From Trypanosoma brucei (taxonomy: Eukaryota), in contig CP000066.1 of NCBI GenBank assembly GCA_000002445.1, positions 224,001-288,000 of the forward strand: a stretch of DNA of 64,000 bases, read 5' to 3'. A model generated the notes under the pieces. The model was given only the letters and a program-made list of their open reading frames with translations, did not search any database and was not told the origin of the DNA. Positions within the stretch are counted from its first letter, which is position 1, and every line of letters begins with the position of its first letter. Positions 1 through 11,134 of the stretch are shown piece by piece. Position numbers and translations under genes: made by a program.

Positions 1-1
1 T

Positions 2-3000
2 TTCTCATCTCTCTGGCGCGCTGCCGTTCGCCACGCAAAGAAGCGTAACGTGTGGATTGTGTGCGATGGACCAGTCGATGCAATTTGGATTGAGAATCTT
101 AACACAGTTCTTGACGATAACAAGTTGCTTACGTTAGCTAACGGGGATCGTATTCAAATGACTGACACGATGAAGTGCTGCTTCGAAGTTGAGAACTTGG
201 CAAATGCCTCCCCTGCTACTGTATCCCGAGCCGGTATTATTTTTATCTCTGATGTTATTCTGGGGTGGAAGCCGGTGCTCAAGTCACGTTTCTGCGCCAC
301 TGTGAATGAGGAGGGGCAGATCCTACCAGTTGATGTTGTGAAGAGGTGCAACACACTCCTTGCAGAAAAATTGCTTGCCTTGTTCCTCCCCACGGAGGGA
401 GAAGGCGGCGAGCCAAGTTTGACAGAACGGGTAGCGACATTCTACGAAAAGGAGTGCAGCATCGTTATGAAGACATCTATTGCTCACCTTGTAATTAATG
501 CCTTCCATCTCACAGTTGCTCTTGGAGAAGAGGTGGGCGACGGTGTGCCCGTTAGTGACGCGCTGGCACTGAAGATATTCTGGTTCAGTCTGTCATGGGC
601 ATTCGGTGGTGTCCTTGAGTCGAAGGACCGGTTGAAATTTGATGCCCTGGTGCGTGAGCTCTACGACGGCTTACCTCCATCGACAGAAGGCACGGTATTC
701 GACTTTTCGCTGAACTGCAAGAGTGGTCAGTGGGAGCACTGGGATGGGTTCTTAGAGAAGTGGAAGTACCCTGGCGATGACAGACTGGACTTCGCCACTT
801 TGTTCATTCCCACAGCTGATTCTGTGCGACTGCACTTCCTTATGAACTGCAACTTTATACAGCACCGACCAGCTTTGTTGATTGGTGTGAGTGGTACGGC
901 TAAAACGGTAACAGTTGAGAAGTTATTACTGAAGATCAAAGCTGAGTCTGAAACGTCGAACTTCCGTAAGCTCAACTTTTCGTCCATGACGACTCCCCAA
1001 AACTTCTACAATGCCCTTGAGGACATGACGGAGAAGCGTATGGGTTCTACCTTCGGTCCGAAGAACTGCGAGCAACTGACGGTCTTCATTGATGACATCA
1101 ACATGCCGGAGATCAATGAGTGGGGCGACCAGATTACAAATGAGATTGTGCGCCAGGTGGTGGAGTCTAGCATGGTTTATGATCTAAGTCATGCTGGTCG
1201 GCGGAAGGAGTTGCGCGGCCTTGTTTATATGGCTGCCATGTCGCACCCATCTGGTGGCAAGAACGATATCCCCAATCGTTTGAAGCGCCACTTCTCGATC
1301 TTCAACGTGCCACTTCCAGAGGAGAGTTCTGTACAGCAGATTTTCGGTGTCATTTTTGAAGGTCGATTCTGCAATGACAACTATGCGCGCAGTGTGCAGG
1401 ACATCGCTAAGATGCTCACACAAATGTCGATCGATTTCTGGCGCGCGATAGCGAAAAAGATGTTACCAACACCCGACAAGTTCCACTACTTCTTCAACTT
1501 GCGCGATTTGTCGCGTATTACACAGGGTATTATGATGGCTGGTATGAACGATGACCCCGAGAAACCCGAGAGAAGGTCCACAAGCAAACCGTGGGAAGTC
1601 GTAACGGACGCTGTAACGCTTATCAGGATTTGGAAGCATGAATGCTCTCGTGTTTTCAGCGACAAGCTCAATAGCGTGGCGGACAAGCGGTGGTTCGATG
1701 ACAACGTGCAAGACTGTGTCGTGCAGCACCTCACGCCAACACAATACCGAGATGTCATCGAGCAAGTGCGTGAGCCCATTTATATGGCAAATTACCTGCG
1801 GGACCCCATTATTGATCCTGAAACTGGTGAGATTGCAGAGACTGCTCCTCGCATTTACGAGCCAGCACCATCGATGGAGGTCCTCCAGGATCGCTTGCTA
1901 CGTGCTATGAAGGCTCACGACGAGCAGCCCCGTGTGAAGCAGCTGAAGCTCGTCTTGTTCGAAGCTGCTGTGAAGAATGTTTCCCGTATTTCTCGTGTCC
2001 TGTCGATGCCGCGAGGTAACTTATTGCTGGTTGGTGTTGGTGGTAGTGGCAAACAGTCGCTGACCCGTCTTGCTGCACATGTGAATTCCCATGACTACGC
2101 CACGTTGGTTTTGTCCAAGGGGTTTGGTGTCAACCAACTCTTCGATGCCATTCGTGAGCAATACGTTATGGCAGCGACGAAACGCCCAGTGACTATGCTA
2201 TTCACTGATAATGACATCAAGCATGAGATATTCTTGGAGTATATCAACTCCTTCTTGTCAAATGGTGAAATTCCCGGTCTGTTTGCATCCGATCAGCGCG
2301 ATTCAGCGATTAACGACATTCGCCCCGTCATGAAAAAAGACCCTTTCGTCAAGTTTGAAGATATGAACGAGACCTTGTGGAAGTACTTCATTAACCGTGT
2401 TCGTGAAAGATTGCACTTTGTGTTATGCTTCTCGCCGGTGGGAGATAAGTTCCGTACACGTGCGCGCAAGTTCCCGGCCCTTGTGTCTTCGTGTATCATC
2501 AACTGGTTCTTCCCGTGGCCAAAGCAGGCCTTACTCGATGTCTCATTCCGAACGCTGAAAAATTTTGAAATGGCGACCGAAGATAAGAATAAAAAAGCGT
2601 TGGTGGAGCTTATGGCAGAGATCCATTCCCTCATGCTTGAGAAATCTGAGGAATACCTTGCGCGGTACCGACGGTCGGTATACAGCACACCGAAGTCCTA
2701 CCTTGGCTTTATTGAGTCTTACACGAATGTTTACACAAAGAAGTTTAATGAACTCAATGAGGATGCCAGCAAAATTAACAAGGGTTTGCAGAAGTTACAC
2801 CAAGCAGGTGAGGATGTGCGAGTGATGAGGAAGCAACTTCAGGAGAAGGAAGGTTTGCTGCAGAGCAAACGAAAGGAGACGGACGCGCTGGTCAAGGAAA
2901 TTGAAATTCGTACCGCTGAGGCTGAGAAGAAACGGATGGAGGTGGAGGTCGTGAAGGAGAGTGTTGCACGGGACGCTGCCGTTGTCGCACAGGGTGAGGC

Positions 3001-6000
3001 TGAAGCTAAGAAGGACCTTGAGGCGGCTGAACCAGCCCTGCTGGAGGCCATAGAATCACTTAATTCTATCACATCCAATGATTTCACCACATTGAAGAAG
3101 TTGGCGAACCCTCCGGCGCTGATTAAACGTATTTTTGATGCTGTCTCAGTGTTGCTTCATAGGCCATTGATGGTCCCAGGTGCGGAGGAGGTGAAGGGTG
3201 CACTGTGGATTACAGACTCATGGGAGTTTAGCGGAAGACAACTTGCGTCTGATTCGTCCACGCTTGACGTTCTACGGTCATTTGGTGAAAATCAGAAGGA
3301 TTTCATTAATGAGGAGACATGCGAGTTGCTGTTACCGTATTTATGGATGGATGACTTCACGCAGGAGCGTGCGCGTAAGGCCTCCGGTAACATTGCTGGT
3401 CTCTGTACATGGGTGCGCAGTATGTACAAGTACATCAACATCGCCAAGATTGTTGCGCCGAAGAGGGAGAAATTGCGTATTGCGACAATTAAACTGCGTG
3501 TGGCAAACAAAAAGAAGGAAGAGCAAGAGGAAGAACTTGCCCGTGTGACTGCTGAAGTTGATCGCTACAACCAGCAACTTTCAGAGGAGAACGCAAAGAA
3601 GCAGGCCCTTGAGGACGATGCTACACGCACAAAACAGCGTATGGATAGCGCTAACGGTCTCATCGATGCTCTCTCCGGTGAACGTGAAAGGTGGACGCAG
3701 CAAAGCAATGACTTCAAGTCACTGATCGAGCGTCTTGTTGGTGATGTTGCCCTCAGCTGCGCTTTTATTTCTTACTGTGGTCCCTTCAACTCAGAGTTCA
3801 GGCACCAGTTGCTATATAAGAATTTCTACGTCAAGTGTAAAGATCTGAAGATCCCCGTGACATCCGACATCAACGTTGTGAAGTTTCTTGTAGACGAGAC
3901 AACTATTGCAGACTGGCAGCTTGAAGGACTACCAGCAGATGATCACTCTGTGCAGAATGCCATCATGATCACAACGAGTGCCAAGTTCCCCCTGATGATT
4001 GACCCCCAGGGACAGGCGCTGAATTGGATCCGCAAGCGTACCGAGCGTATGCAAGGAAAACTCTGCCAGTTGAGTGATCGTACGTTCGCAATGCACCTGC
4101 AGGAACAGCTTGATCTGGGTTTGCCACTCATTGCAGAGAACGTCCCCGAAGAAATTGACCCGATGATTGATCCCGTGCTGGAGAAGCAGGTCGTACGAAG
4201 TGGCAAGTCTTTAATCATCCGTGTCAACGGTGAGGAAATGAGCTACAATGAAAACTTCAGCTTCTTTCTTACGACGAAGTTGCCCAATCCCAGTTTTACG
4301 CCAGAAATGTTTGCCAAGAGTCTTGTCATTGACTTCACAGTGACGATGGAGGGTTTGGAACAGCAGCTGCTGTCGCATGTGATTGGCCGCGAAAAGGGAG
4401 AACTGAACGAGGAGAGTGCCAAACTTTCCGAAGACATCAACAGCAATGAGAAGCGCCGTAAGAATCTTGAGGATCGTCTTTTGAAGCAGTTGAGTGAGTC
4501 CCAGGGTAACCTTATCGATGACGTTGTGCTCATCCAGACCCTCCAGGAGACGAAGGATGCAACAGCAGAGATTGCAGAAAAACTTGCCACAGCACTTGAG
4601 ACACGGAAGCGTATTGCCGGGGCGTGCGAGGAGTACAGACCGGTTGCAACACGCGGTGCGGTGCTGTACTTCCTCGTCGTTGAGATGTCGTTGGTCAACC
4701 ACATGTATCAGACGTCTCTCGTACAGTTCGACGGCATTTTCGACGGTTCCATCCAGCGCTCAGAGCCGCACCCCGTCACAGCGAAGCGTATTCAATGTAT
4801 CATTGACTACCTTACCATGGCTGTGTTCAAATACATTATTCGTATGCTCTTTTCGTCGCACAAGCTGCTTTTCGTACTGCTCATGGCATGTAAAATTCAA
4901 ATGAAGGTTGGGCAGTTGGACGCCACCTCGTTTGACGTCTTCCTCAAGGGCGGGGGTGCCATGCAAGTGGACCGCTCAAAGCCATTTGCTTGGATTAAAG
5001 ATAAGATGTGGGCGAATATCCTTGCCATGTCGGAACAATTACCGCGGTCGTTCAAGCAGCTTCCCGATCTCATAACCCGCAGTGAACAGGTGTGGCGGCA
5101 GTACATAGAGTCAGACAACATTGAGAACTTACCAGTGCCTGATATAAACGAAAAGCTCGACAGCTTTGAGCGACTTCTCATTGTGCGTGCCCTTCGTGAG
5201 GATCGTGCTATGCTTGCTGCTAATCTTTACGTGGCCCGTACGCTCGGCAAGGAGTTCTCTGAAGCGCAGCAGCTCGATCTACAGGGCGTGGTAGAGGAAA
5301 CAAGCGGCCTGACACCTATTGTCTTCCTTCTCTCTCAGGGTTCTGATCCGACGACTCTTATTGAGGCAACCGCAAAGTCGCTTAAGAAGAAGATATTTCC
5401 TATTTCAATGGGACAAGGTCAGGAAGAGGCGGCGATGAATATTGTGTCTGGCGCGTGGCACAACGGTGACTGGGCCCTACTGCAGAACTGCCACCTTGGT
5501 CTACCCTTCCTCCTGCAGCTCGAAGAAAGACTTCGTCAACAACATTTGCCCGGGGAAAAGAAGGCTGATATCCACGAGGAAGCGCGCCTGTGGGTGACAT
5601 CGGAACCACACAAGTTATTCCCCATTGGACTGCTGCAGATGTCGATAAAGCTGACGAACGAGCCACCGCAGGGTATTAAAGCAGGTCTTGTCCGTACATA
5701 CTCATGGATGTCGCAGGATTATCTTGAGATGTTCCGCCGCCCCGAGTGGCGTCCGATGCTTTTCACCCAGTGTTTCCTGCATTCCGTTGTGGTGGAGCGG
5801 CGTAAGTTTGGACCCATTGGTTTCAGTGTGCCATATGAATTCAACCAAGGTGACTGGAACGCTTCCGTGCAGTTCCTCATCAATCACATGACGACCATCG
5901 GTGAAGCCCTGAAGAATCCGGTTAATCGTGACACCGTGTGCTATATGGTTTCGGATATTCAGTACGGTGGACGTATTACAGACAATAACGATCGTGCTCT

Positions 6001-7261
6001 CTTCAAGGCCATCACTGAGTTCTTGTACGACTTACGCATTACAAACCCGGAGAGGTCGCGCGATATGAAAATAGCCAACGACACTAAGGTCCCTCTCAAT
6101 GTCATGACCTCTACAGGGGGTCTTCACAACCCATACCCGTGCGAGATCACGGAGTTCGCACCTGGGTACGGTATACCTCTGTTCGATGACATTAACAAGC
6201 ACAGGGAATTCATTCGCGACACGTACCCCGATGTGGACACGACAGAAGTGTTCCAGATGCATTCCAATGCTGATATCACGTACCGTACACGGCAAGCGCA
6301 GGAGGCGCTGAAGACGATTTTGGATATTCAACCAAGAGACGCCGTAGCCAGAGGTGGTGTCACCCGTGAAGAGAAGGTTTTGTCGATGGCGGATAATTTC
6401 CTGCGGCAGCTTCCAGCCAACTGGGTTGTAGACCGCAAGCTTCATTTGGCTGATAAGCAACCACTATCCATCTTTGCAGGACAAGAAATTGATCGCTTGA
6501 GCGTCACCGTTCGTACAATCCGGCAAACGTGCACGAACCTCAAGCTTGCTGTTGCCGGAACCATTATTCTCACTCCTGCGCTTCAGGACGCATTGGATTA
6601 TTTGTATGCCGCACGTGTGCCACCGTCATGGGTTGCTGTGGGATGGCCATCACCTAACATTTCGCTCTGGTTCGCTGAGGTACTCCGCCGTTACGAACAG
6701 CTTGATGGTTGGGCCCGCAACGGTCGGCCACCCGTCTACTGGCTGCCAGGATTCTTCAACCCACAAGGTTTCCTCACCTCCGTGCGGCAAGAAATTACAC
6801 GTAGCCACGCAAACGAAGCGGTGCCATGGGCACTCGATAAGGTGGAAACACGGACGGAGGTTCGCTCGTCCGAGTACCGACCTGGTCAGGAACCGAAGGC
6901 GGAAGATCTGAAGACGGAGCGAGGTGAAGTTGTCATTCATGGACTCTTCCTCGAGGGGGCTATGTGGGATAAAGCGAATAAGCGGCTGAAGGATCCACCG
7001 CCAGGTGATCTGTTCCGTGAATTGCCCATGTTGCTCATTTCCGCTATCAATAAAGATGCACCGCCGCCGCACATGAATGCACCGATGAAACCTGGACAGT
7101 TGAAGGAGAGGCAGAAGAAGCAGGAATATTACCGTTGCCCCGTTTATAAGTATCCCACACGGTCTGATTTACACTGGATATTTGACGTGAACCTCCCCGT
7201 GGCTGAGGACGACGCTTATTGGCGTATGCGTGGCGTGTCACTGTTGGGGTGCACCGACTAA
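2..7261 (+). CDS. Dynein heavy chain, C-terminal ~2400 aa (5' end lies upstream of the window; frame is open back to position 2)
   Basis: The translation carries dynein motor hallmarks. It starts with ...KKRNVWIVCDGPVDAIWIENLNTVLDDNKLLTLANGDRIQM (end of an AAA module). It has P-loop-like LLIGVSGTAKT and LLLVGVGGSGKQSLTRLAA motifs (AAA3/AAA4-like). There are long heptad-rich coiled-coil arms typical of the microtubule-binding stalk, followed by conserved C-terminal AAA5/AAA6-like blocks. The apparent 'M' at 50 is a GTG inside the open frame. Stop codon is at 7259-7261. Confidence 0.9.
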   Translation, partial: FSSLWRAAVRHAKKRNVWIVCDGPVDAIWIENLNTVLDDNKLLTLANGDRIQMTDTMKCCFEVENLANASPATVSRAGIIFISDVILGWKPVLKSRFCATVNEEGQILPVDVVKRCNTLLAEKLLALFLPTEGEGGEPSLTERVATFYEKECSIVMKTSIAHLVINAFHLTVALGEEVGDGVPVSDALALKIFWFSLSWAFGGVLESKDRLKFDALVRELYDGLPPSTEGTVFDFSLNCKSGQWEHWDGFLEKWKYPGDDRLDFATLFIPTADSVRLHFLMNCNFIQHRPALLIGVSGTAKTVTVEKLLLKIKAESETSNFRKLNFSSMTTPQNFYNALEDMTEKRMGSTFGPKNCEQLTVFIDDINMPEINEWGDQITNEIVRQVVESSMVYDLSHAGRRKELRGLVYMAAMSHPSGGKNDIPNRLKRHFSIFNVPLPEESSVQQIFGVIFEGRFCNDNYARSVQDIAKMLTQMSIDFWRAIAKKMLPTPDKFHYFFNLRDLSRITQGIMMAGMNDDPEKPERRSTSKPWEVVTDAVTLIRIWKHECSRVFSDKLNSVADKRWFDDNVQDCVVQHLTPTQYRDVIEQVREPIYMANYLRDPIIDPETGEIAETAPRIYEPAPSMEVLQDRLLRAMKAHDEQPRVKQLKLVLFEAAVKNVSRISRVLSMPRGNLLLVGVGGSGKQSLTRLAAHVNSHDYATLVLSKGFGVNQLFDAIREQYVMAATKRPVTMLFTDNDIKHEIFLEYINSFLSNGEIPGLFASDQRDSAINDIRPVMKKDPFVKFEDMNETLWKYFINRVRERLHFVLCFSPVGDKFRTRARKFPALVSSCIINWFFPWPKQALLDVSFRTLKNFEMATEDKNKKALVELMAEIHSLMLEKSEEYLARYRRSVYSTPKSYLGFIESYTNVYTKKFNELNEDASKINKGLQKLHQAGEDVRVMRKQLQEKEGLLQSKRKETDALVKEIEIRTAEAEKKRMEVEVVKESVARDAAVVAQGEAEAKKDLEAAEPALLEAIESLNSITSNDFTTLKKLANPPALIKRIFDAVSVLLHRPLMVPGAEEVKGALWITDSWEFSGRQLASDSSTLDVLRSFGENQKDFINEETCELLLPYLWMDDFTQERARKASGNIAGLCTWVRSMYKYINIAKIVAPKREKLRIATIKLRVANKKKEEQEEELARVTAEVDRYNQQLSEENAKKQALEDDATRTKQRMDSANGLIDALSGERERWTQQSNDFKSLIERLVGDVALSCAFISYCGPFNSEFRHQLLYKNFYVKCKDLKIPVTSDINVVKFLVDETTIADWQLEGLPADDHSVQNAIMITTSAKFPLMIDPQGQALNWIRKRTERMQGKLCQLSDRTFAMHLQEQLDLGLPLIAENVPEEIDPMIDPVLEKQVVRSGKSLIIRVNGEEMSYNENFSFFLTTKLPNPSFTPEMFAKSLVIDFTVTMEGLEQQLLSHVIGREKGELNEESAKLSEDINSNEKRRKNLEDRLLKQLSESQGNLIDDVVLIQTLQETKDATAEIAEKLATALETRKRIAGACEEYRPVATRGAVLYFLVVEMSLVNHMYQTSLVQFDGIFDGSIQRSEPHPVTAKRIQCIIDYLTMAVFKYIIRMLFSSHKLLFVLLMACKIQMKVGQLDATSFDVFLKGGGAMQVDRSKPFAWIKDKMWANILAMSEQLPRSFKQLPDLITRSEQVWRQYIESDNIENLPVPDINEKLDSFERLLIVRALREDRAMLAANLYVARTLGKEFSEAQQLDLQGVVEETSGLTPIVFLLSQGSDPTTLIEATAKSLKKKIFPISMGQGQEEAAMNIVSGAWHNGDWALLQNCHLGLPFLLQLEERLRQQHLPGEKKADIHEEARLWVTSEPHKLFPIGLLQMSIKLTNEPPQGIKAGLVRTYSWMSQDYLEMFRRPEWRPMLFTQCFLHSVVVERRKFGPIGFSVPYEFNQGDWNASVQFLINHMTTIGEALKNPVNRDTVCYMVSDIQYGGRITDNNDRALFKAITEFLYDLRITNPERSRDMKIANDTKVPLNVMTSTGGLHNPYPCEITEFAPGYGIPLFDDINKHREFIRDTYPDVDTTEVFQMHSNADITYRTRQAQEALKTILDIQPRDAVARGGVTREEKVLSMADNFLRQLPANWVVDRKLHLADKQPLSIFAGQEIDRLSVTVRTIRQTCTNLKLAVAGTIILTPALQDALDYLYAARVPPSWVAVGWPSPNISLWFAEVLRRYEQLDGWARNGRPPVYWLPGFFNPQGFLTSVRQEITRSHANEAVPWALDKVETRTEVRSSEYRPGQEPKAEDLKTERGEVVIHGLFLEGAMWDKANKRLKDPPPGDLFRELPMLLISAINKDAPPPHMNAPMKPGQLKERQKKQEYYRCPVYKYPTRSDLHWIFDVNLPVAEDDAYWRMRGVSLLGCTD

Positions 7262-8250
7262 GGGGAAGGTAGTGAATGGTACCGTGAATGTTCACTGTGT
7301 GTTACTTAAGTGTGACCAAACAATCATGTGACAAAAGTTGTGGGAGAAAGAAAGAAAGAAGATACGAGAGGTAGTGAGTCGGGAAAGAAGGGAATAGATT
7401 TTTCGTTTCTGATTCGCAGGGACTCACCACAATGTATAAAATCACACCTTACTGCGAGAGAGGATTACATAAAGGTATATGTATAAAATGTTAAAGAGAA
7501 ATATGAAGAGTTTTGAAGATGTGAAGGTGTGAGACAGACAATAGATTGTGATATGATGTATGCTTAATACGTGTATAACTGAAAGATGTTTAGATTATCT
7601 TTCCAGTTAATCTCGTGGAACTCATGCAGAGGATATGGGGGTGGTCTGACTGCGCCTCAGGAGGCCTCTACCACGTTTTCTTTCTTGATTGTTTCTAACA
7701 ACACTTTCTAAAGTGTGCCAGTGGCAACGTTGAGCCCGTTTATCTCGCCTTTCCTCCTTAGTTGTCGCTACCGATACATATTTGCATGCATGAACTCTTC
7801 TTTTTTTTTTTCATTCCTTTCTTTGAACGCCTTGGTAAGGCGAGGAAATAAAAGGCTACATACAAGGGATAAGTTCTCACTACACATCCGTTAGTCGTAC
7901 AGACGATCACTTGATTTCGTTGGGGGTTATCCGCTCCTTTAAGGAGTGTGAAGGGAGCAGAAGGGTATACGCGTAGTTGAATACGAGTTGGTGCACCAGC
8001 TTGCCCGGCTCGTATACTTCGTGCTGTTTCCGCCTCGCATCGAGTTGTGGCACATTCCCATTTATTTTTTTTTCCATAGTTCACACTTAACGGTGAAAGG
8101 AAAGAAGGAGAGGGGAGGGGGAGGTACTTAACACTTATCGTATTTTACAGATTTTTTTCTAGTGTGTGTTGTTTTATCGATATTAGTGGTTTGGGTGGGG
8201 AAGGGAGATTTGCCTTGTGAACACGCTTCATTCGACCACTTCCTGTGTAA

Positions 8251-8715
8251 ATGAGGATCAGTTGCTCATGCCTGAACAAATCGCTCGTGTCGACTGCTAT
8301 CCCGTCTGATATCATCGAGCGTGCTGGAACCAATCTGCCCGGCATCCCGCATAAATACCGTGTTTGCCGTGCGTATCGCCAATGGCTCAAACTAGCTGTT
8401 TTGTGTCCTCATTCTCTCCTTTGTGAGCTTAATGAACATGCGCAAATGAATGAACGGTTTGTCATAATCGTCCGGCAGAAGTTTCGCGAGGGTGAAGAGC
8501 TACGAGACCCGGAGGAAATAGCCGTTGCCGTCCAAAGCTGTGAGAGAAGCCTCGCAATGTTTCGCTTTTTGGCAGCGGATGGCGCTCGCCGCCGGTTCCC
8601 GGAGGCAAAGCCGAGGTTGAACTTGCACAAGATGGGATTCATGGAGATGGCGAAAATTAATTACACGCAGATGGCGAAAGAGTATTGGAACACCTACATT
8701 ATGCGGCGATGGTAG
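8251..8715 (+). CDS. Small LYR-motif (Complex1_LYR-like) protein, probable mitochondrial accessory/assembly factor
   Basis: ATG at 8251. The segment ...KYRVCRAYRQWLKLA...ERFVIIVRQKFREGEELRDPEEIAVAVQSCERSLAMFRF matches the LYR-family pattern (L/Y-R ... R-x-x-F-R-x-N ... DP-x-x-I, as in LYRM4/ISD11-type proteins). Assignment is from motif only. Confidence 0.45.
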   Translation: MRISCSCLNKSLVSTAIPSDIIERAGTNLPGIPHKYRVCRAYRQWLKLAVLCPHSLLCELNEHAQMNERFVIIVRQKFREGEELRDPEEIAVAVQSCERSLAMFRFLAADGARRRFPEAKPRLNLHKMGFMEMAKINYTQMAKEYWNTYIMRRW

Positions 8716-9059
8716 CGGAGGGAGCACGTGGTGGAGAAAAGAGAAGCGGGTGCTTCACGTGGGGAAAACTCAGACACTCATCAGGAAACCAGAGAGCGGT
8801 CACTGTTGGGTGAAGGGTTGGCGGTATCATCGGGAAAATGACTTTTCCGTTAGGTCTTGGTTGTCGCCGTGCTTTTCGAGGGTTTGTGTGCACGGATTCT
8901 CCTTTGTGGTGTGCGCTCCATCTCTGGCCTGATTCGTGTTGCTACTCTCACGTGTTTTATTCTTTCTGTTGGCATATTTTTCCCTCTTAGGGGACAGTTT
9001 ACCCAAAGAGGGGCGGGGGAAGGCTCTGTCATTCCTGAAATAGTTGAAGGAATAGGGCG

Positions 9060-9434
9060 ATGATGAGGCCATCGACGGGCTCCGGTACACCTAGGAGTGA
9101 TGCGGGGATCAAAAGAAGTGTTACCCTCGGCATCGACATAATGAATGAAGACAGTTTTTGGGAAATTTCGGGGATACCGCTGAAAAGCAGGATGCGCTCT
9201 TTCATCTCGAGGGAGAGATTAACTCCGAAGAACGTCGGCAGCCCTTGCGACCTGTACCTCTTTCCCAGATACGATGAACAGCCACTGTGTCAAAGTTTCA
9301 AGGACCTCCTAAACCGGCACAGGTCTCAGCTGCGAGAAACGGCGAAGTCGTACGAAAGATATACAAGCGAAGTGACAAATATCCGTAAGAAAACTGCATG
9401 GTTTGAACCACAGAAGCCACCCAAATTCCTCTAG
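9060..9434 (+). CDS. Hypothetical protein (124 aa)
   Basis: ATG-initiated + strand ORF, preceded by a CT-rich tract (8930-9000) ending in AG. No recognisable domain. Confidence 0.3.
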   Translation: MMRPSTGSGTPRSDAGIKRSVTLGIDIMNEDSFWEISGIPLKSRMRSFISRERLTPKNVGSPCDLYLFPRYDEQPLCQSFKDLLNRHRSQLRETAKSYERYTSEVTNIRKKTAWFEPQKPPKFL

Positions 9435-11134
9435 TGACGTTTGAGGCGTATTTGCCTCCTACCGTAAAGAATGATTGCGGATGGACGAGGAACTCGGGTG
9501 CAGCCGCAGTGGCTGGGGCAATGAGCTCCTATATATGGAAAAAGGATTCCGCCATCGCTGCGTTTGCGGTTCCACACGGCATTTAGCTGGGGGCTTATAC
9601 TCAACTCCCTCCCCAAAAAAATAAAGGATGGTTAGCTGCCTTTCTGGTGGGTCGAATTCTGCGGTCGTCGGAATGTGTTTACTTGACACAACGATGCCAC
9701 ATGTCGGTTGTAGGCTTTGAAATGATTCCCTTCACTTGTTGGCAAGAAAGCACCACGTATCCAAGAGGGCCGCAGTGATGGCGTTGGTGTGATATGATGG
9801 TGCATTAATCGTCGTGAAAACGGTAATAATGCCACTGATGTGTTAGAATGGGAACGCATGCCTCGTCGTGCAATAGGTGGCAAATTTTTTAAAAAATCTT
9901 TTTTCCCCTTTTCTCCCTTTATTTTGGAGTTTCTATTGATTTGATGTACACAACCTATGGCGGTTGGAAAGCGGGCTGTCGAAAAACTGTCAGCGATCCT
10001 CTGTTGTTTTTTTAATTGTTTAGACCCCTCCCGTTACCTTTATGATATTTTTATGTGTACGAGTTGCGAACCCAACCATTTTATTCTATTGATGAGTTTC
10101 ACTCCATCACTACCACCGGCGCTAACAACAAAAGGTCGCGTCCCCTTGCAGTTCCTGTCGGTTGATGCGAGCTTTATTATCCCTTTCCGTCACGTGTTCC
10201 TTCGGATTAAATGCACAAAAAAGTTTTTTTTTCTTTTTTACTTAACCCTTTTATTACCCTTCTTCGCCCTTGTCTTCATTCCTTTTCCCCATCGTATCCT
10301 GTAGCGGCACAAACGTTGAGTACGTGTGTATCGCTTCCGGTAGATGATGTACAAATATGTGATTTTGTAATAAAAGAAAAATCCTTCTGTGAACCTAATA
10401 GTATGTGACCCCTCCCGTTGGGTCTCTAACGTGTATAGTCAATGACTTTTTGTTTAATTTTTTTTTATCCGTTGCTTTTACTCCCTTCTGCAGGTCTATT
10501 TACACAATGGCAAACTACGCGCGTTAGCTTCGTCGCATGTGGTGGTGGAGAACCAGTGTTAAATTCATCCCTGCGACTTCTTTTTCTTTTTTCTATTATT
10601 ATTATTATTCCATTTAAGGAGGAAATGAAACATCAAGCGCAATCAAAATATCTTAAGTTGAACAGGTGGGTGATCGGAGCGAAGGTCCTGTGTGTGGATC
10701 AAGGTACCTGGAGGGGTCAGTTAAGTTTTATTAAAAATTTTTTTTTACGTTTATACATAATTAGTGTGCCCTCTACTGATTGAATTGACTGCCACTTTCT
10801 TCTTTTCATTCTTTTCATTCTTTTCTTTTCTTTTTTTCGTTTCTTCTTCCCTTTTTCCCCACTGTATCAAACAAAGCGGATTAAGTGTTGAAGTTGGGGA
10901 GGGTTTGGCATCACAAGAGTGGATTGAACTCTCAAGGAGAGAGGAGGGCCACGGGCGCAGTCGGTGCCTCTGAAAGGAGAGCACAGTTATTACATAAGGG
11001 CGTACGGAAGGGTAATAAACACCACCAGACATATCATTGCCCCAGCACGCCGTGGTTTAGTACGTGTGAACTTACAAGACGGACATATTTGTACGACGCT
11101 CATACACACAGATCAGGTAAACTGTAGGGAAAGC

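Noticed and set aside
50-52. Position 50 as the dynein start codon
   Set aside because: The codon is GTG, and the frame is open upstream to the window edge with dynein-like sequence (…RHAKKRNVWIVCDG…). The gene is 5'-truncated by the window.
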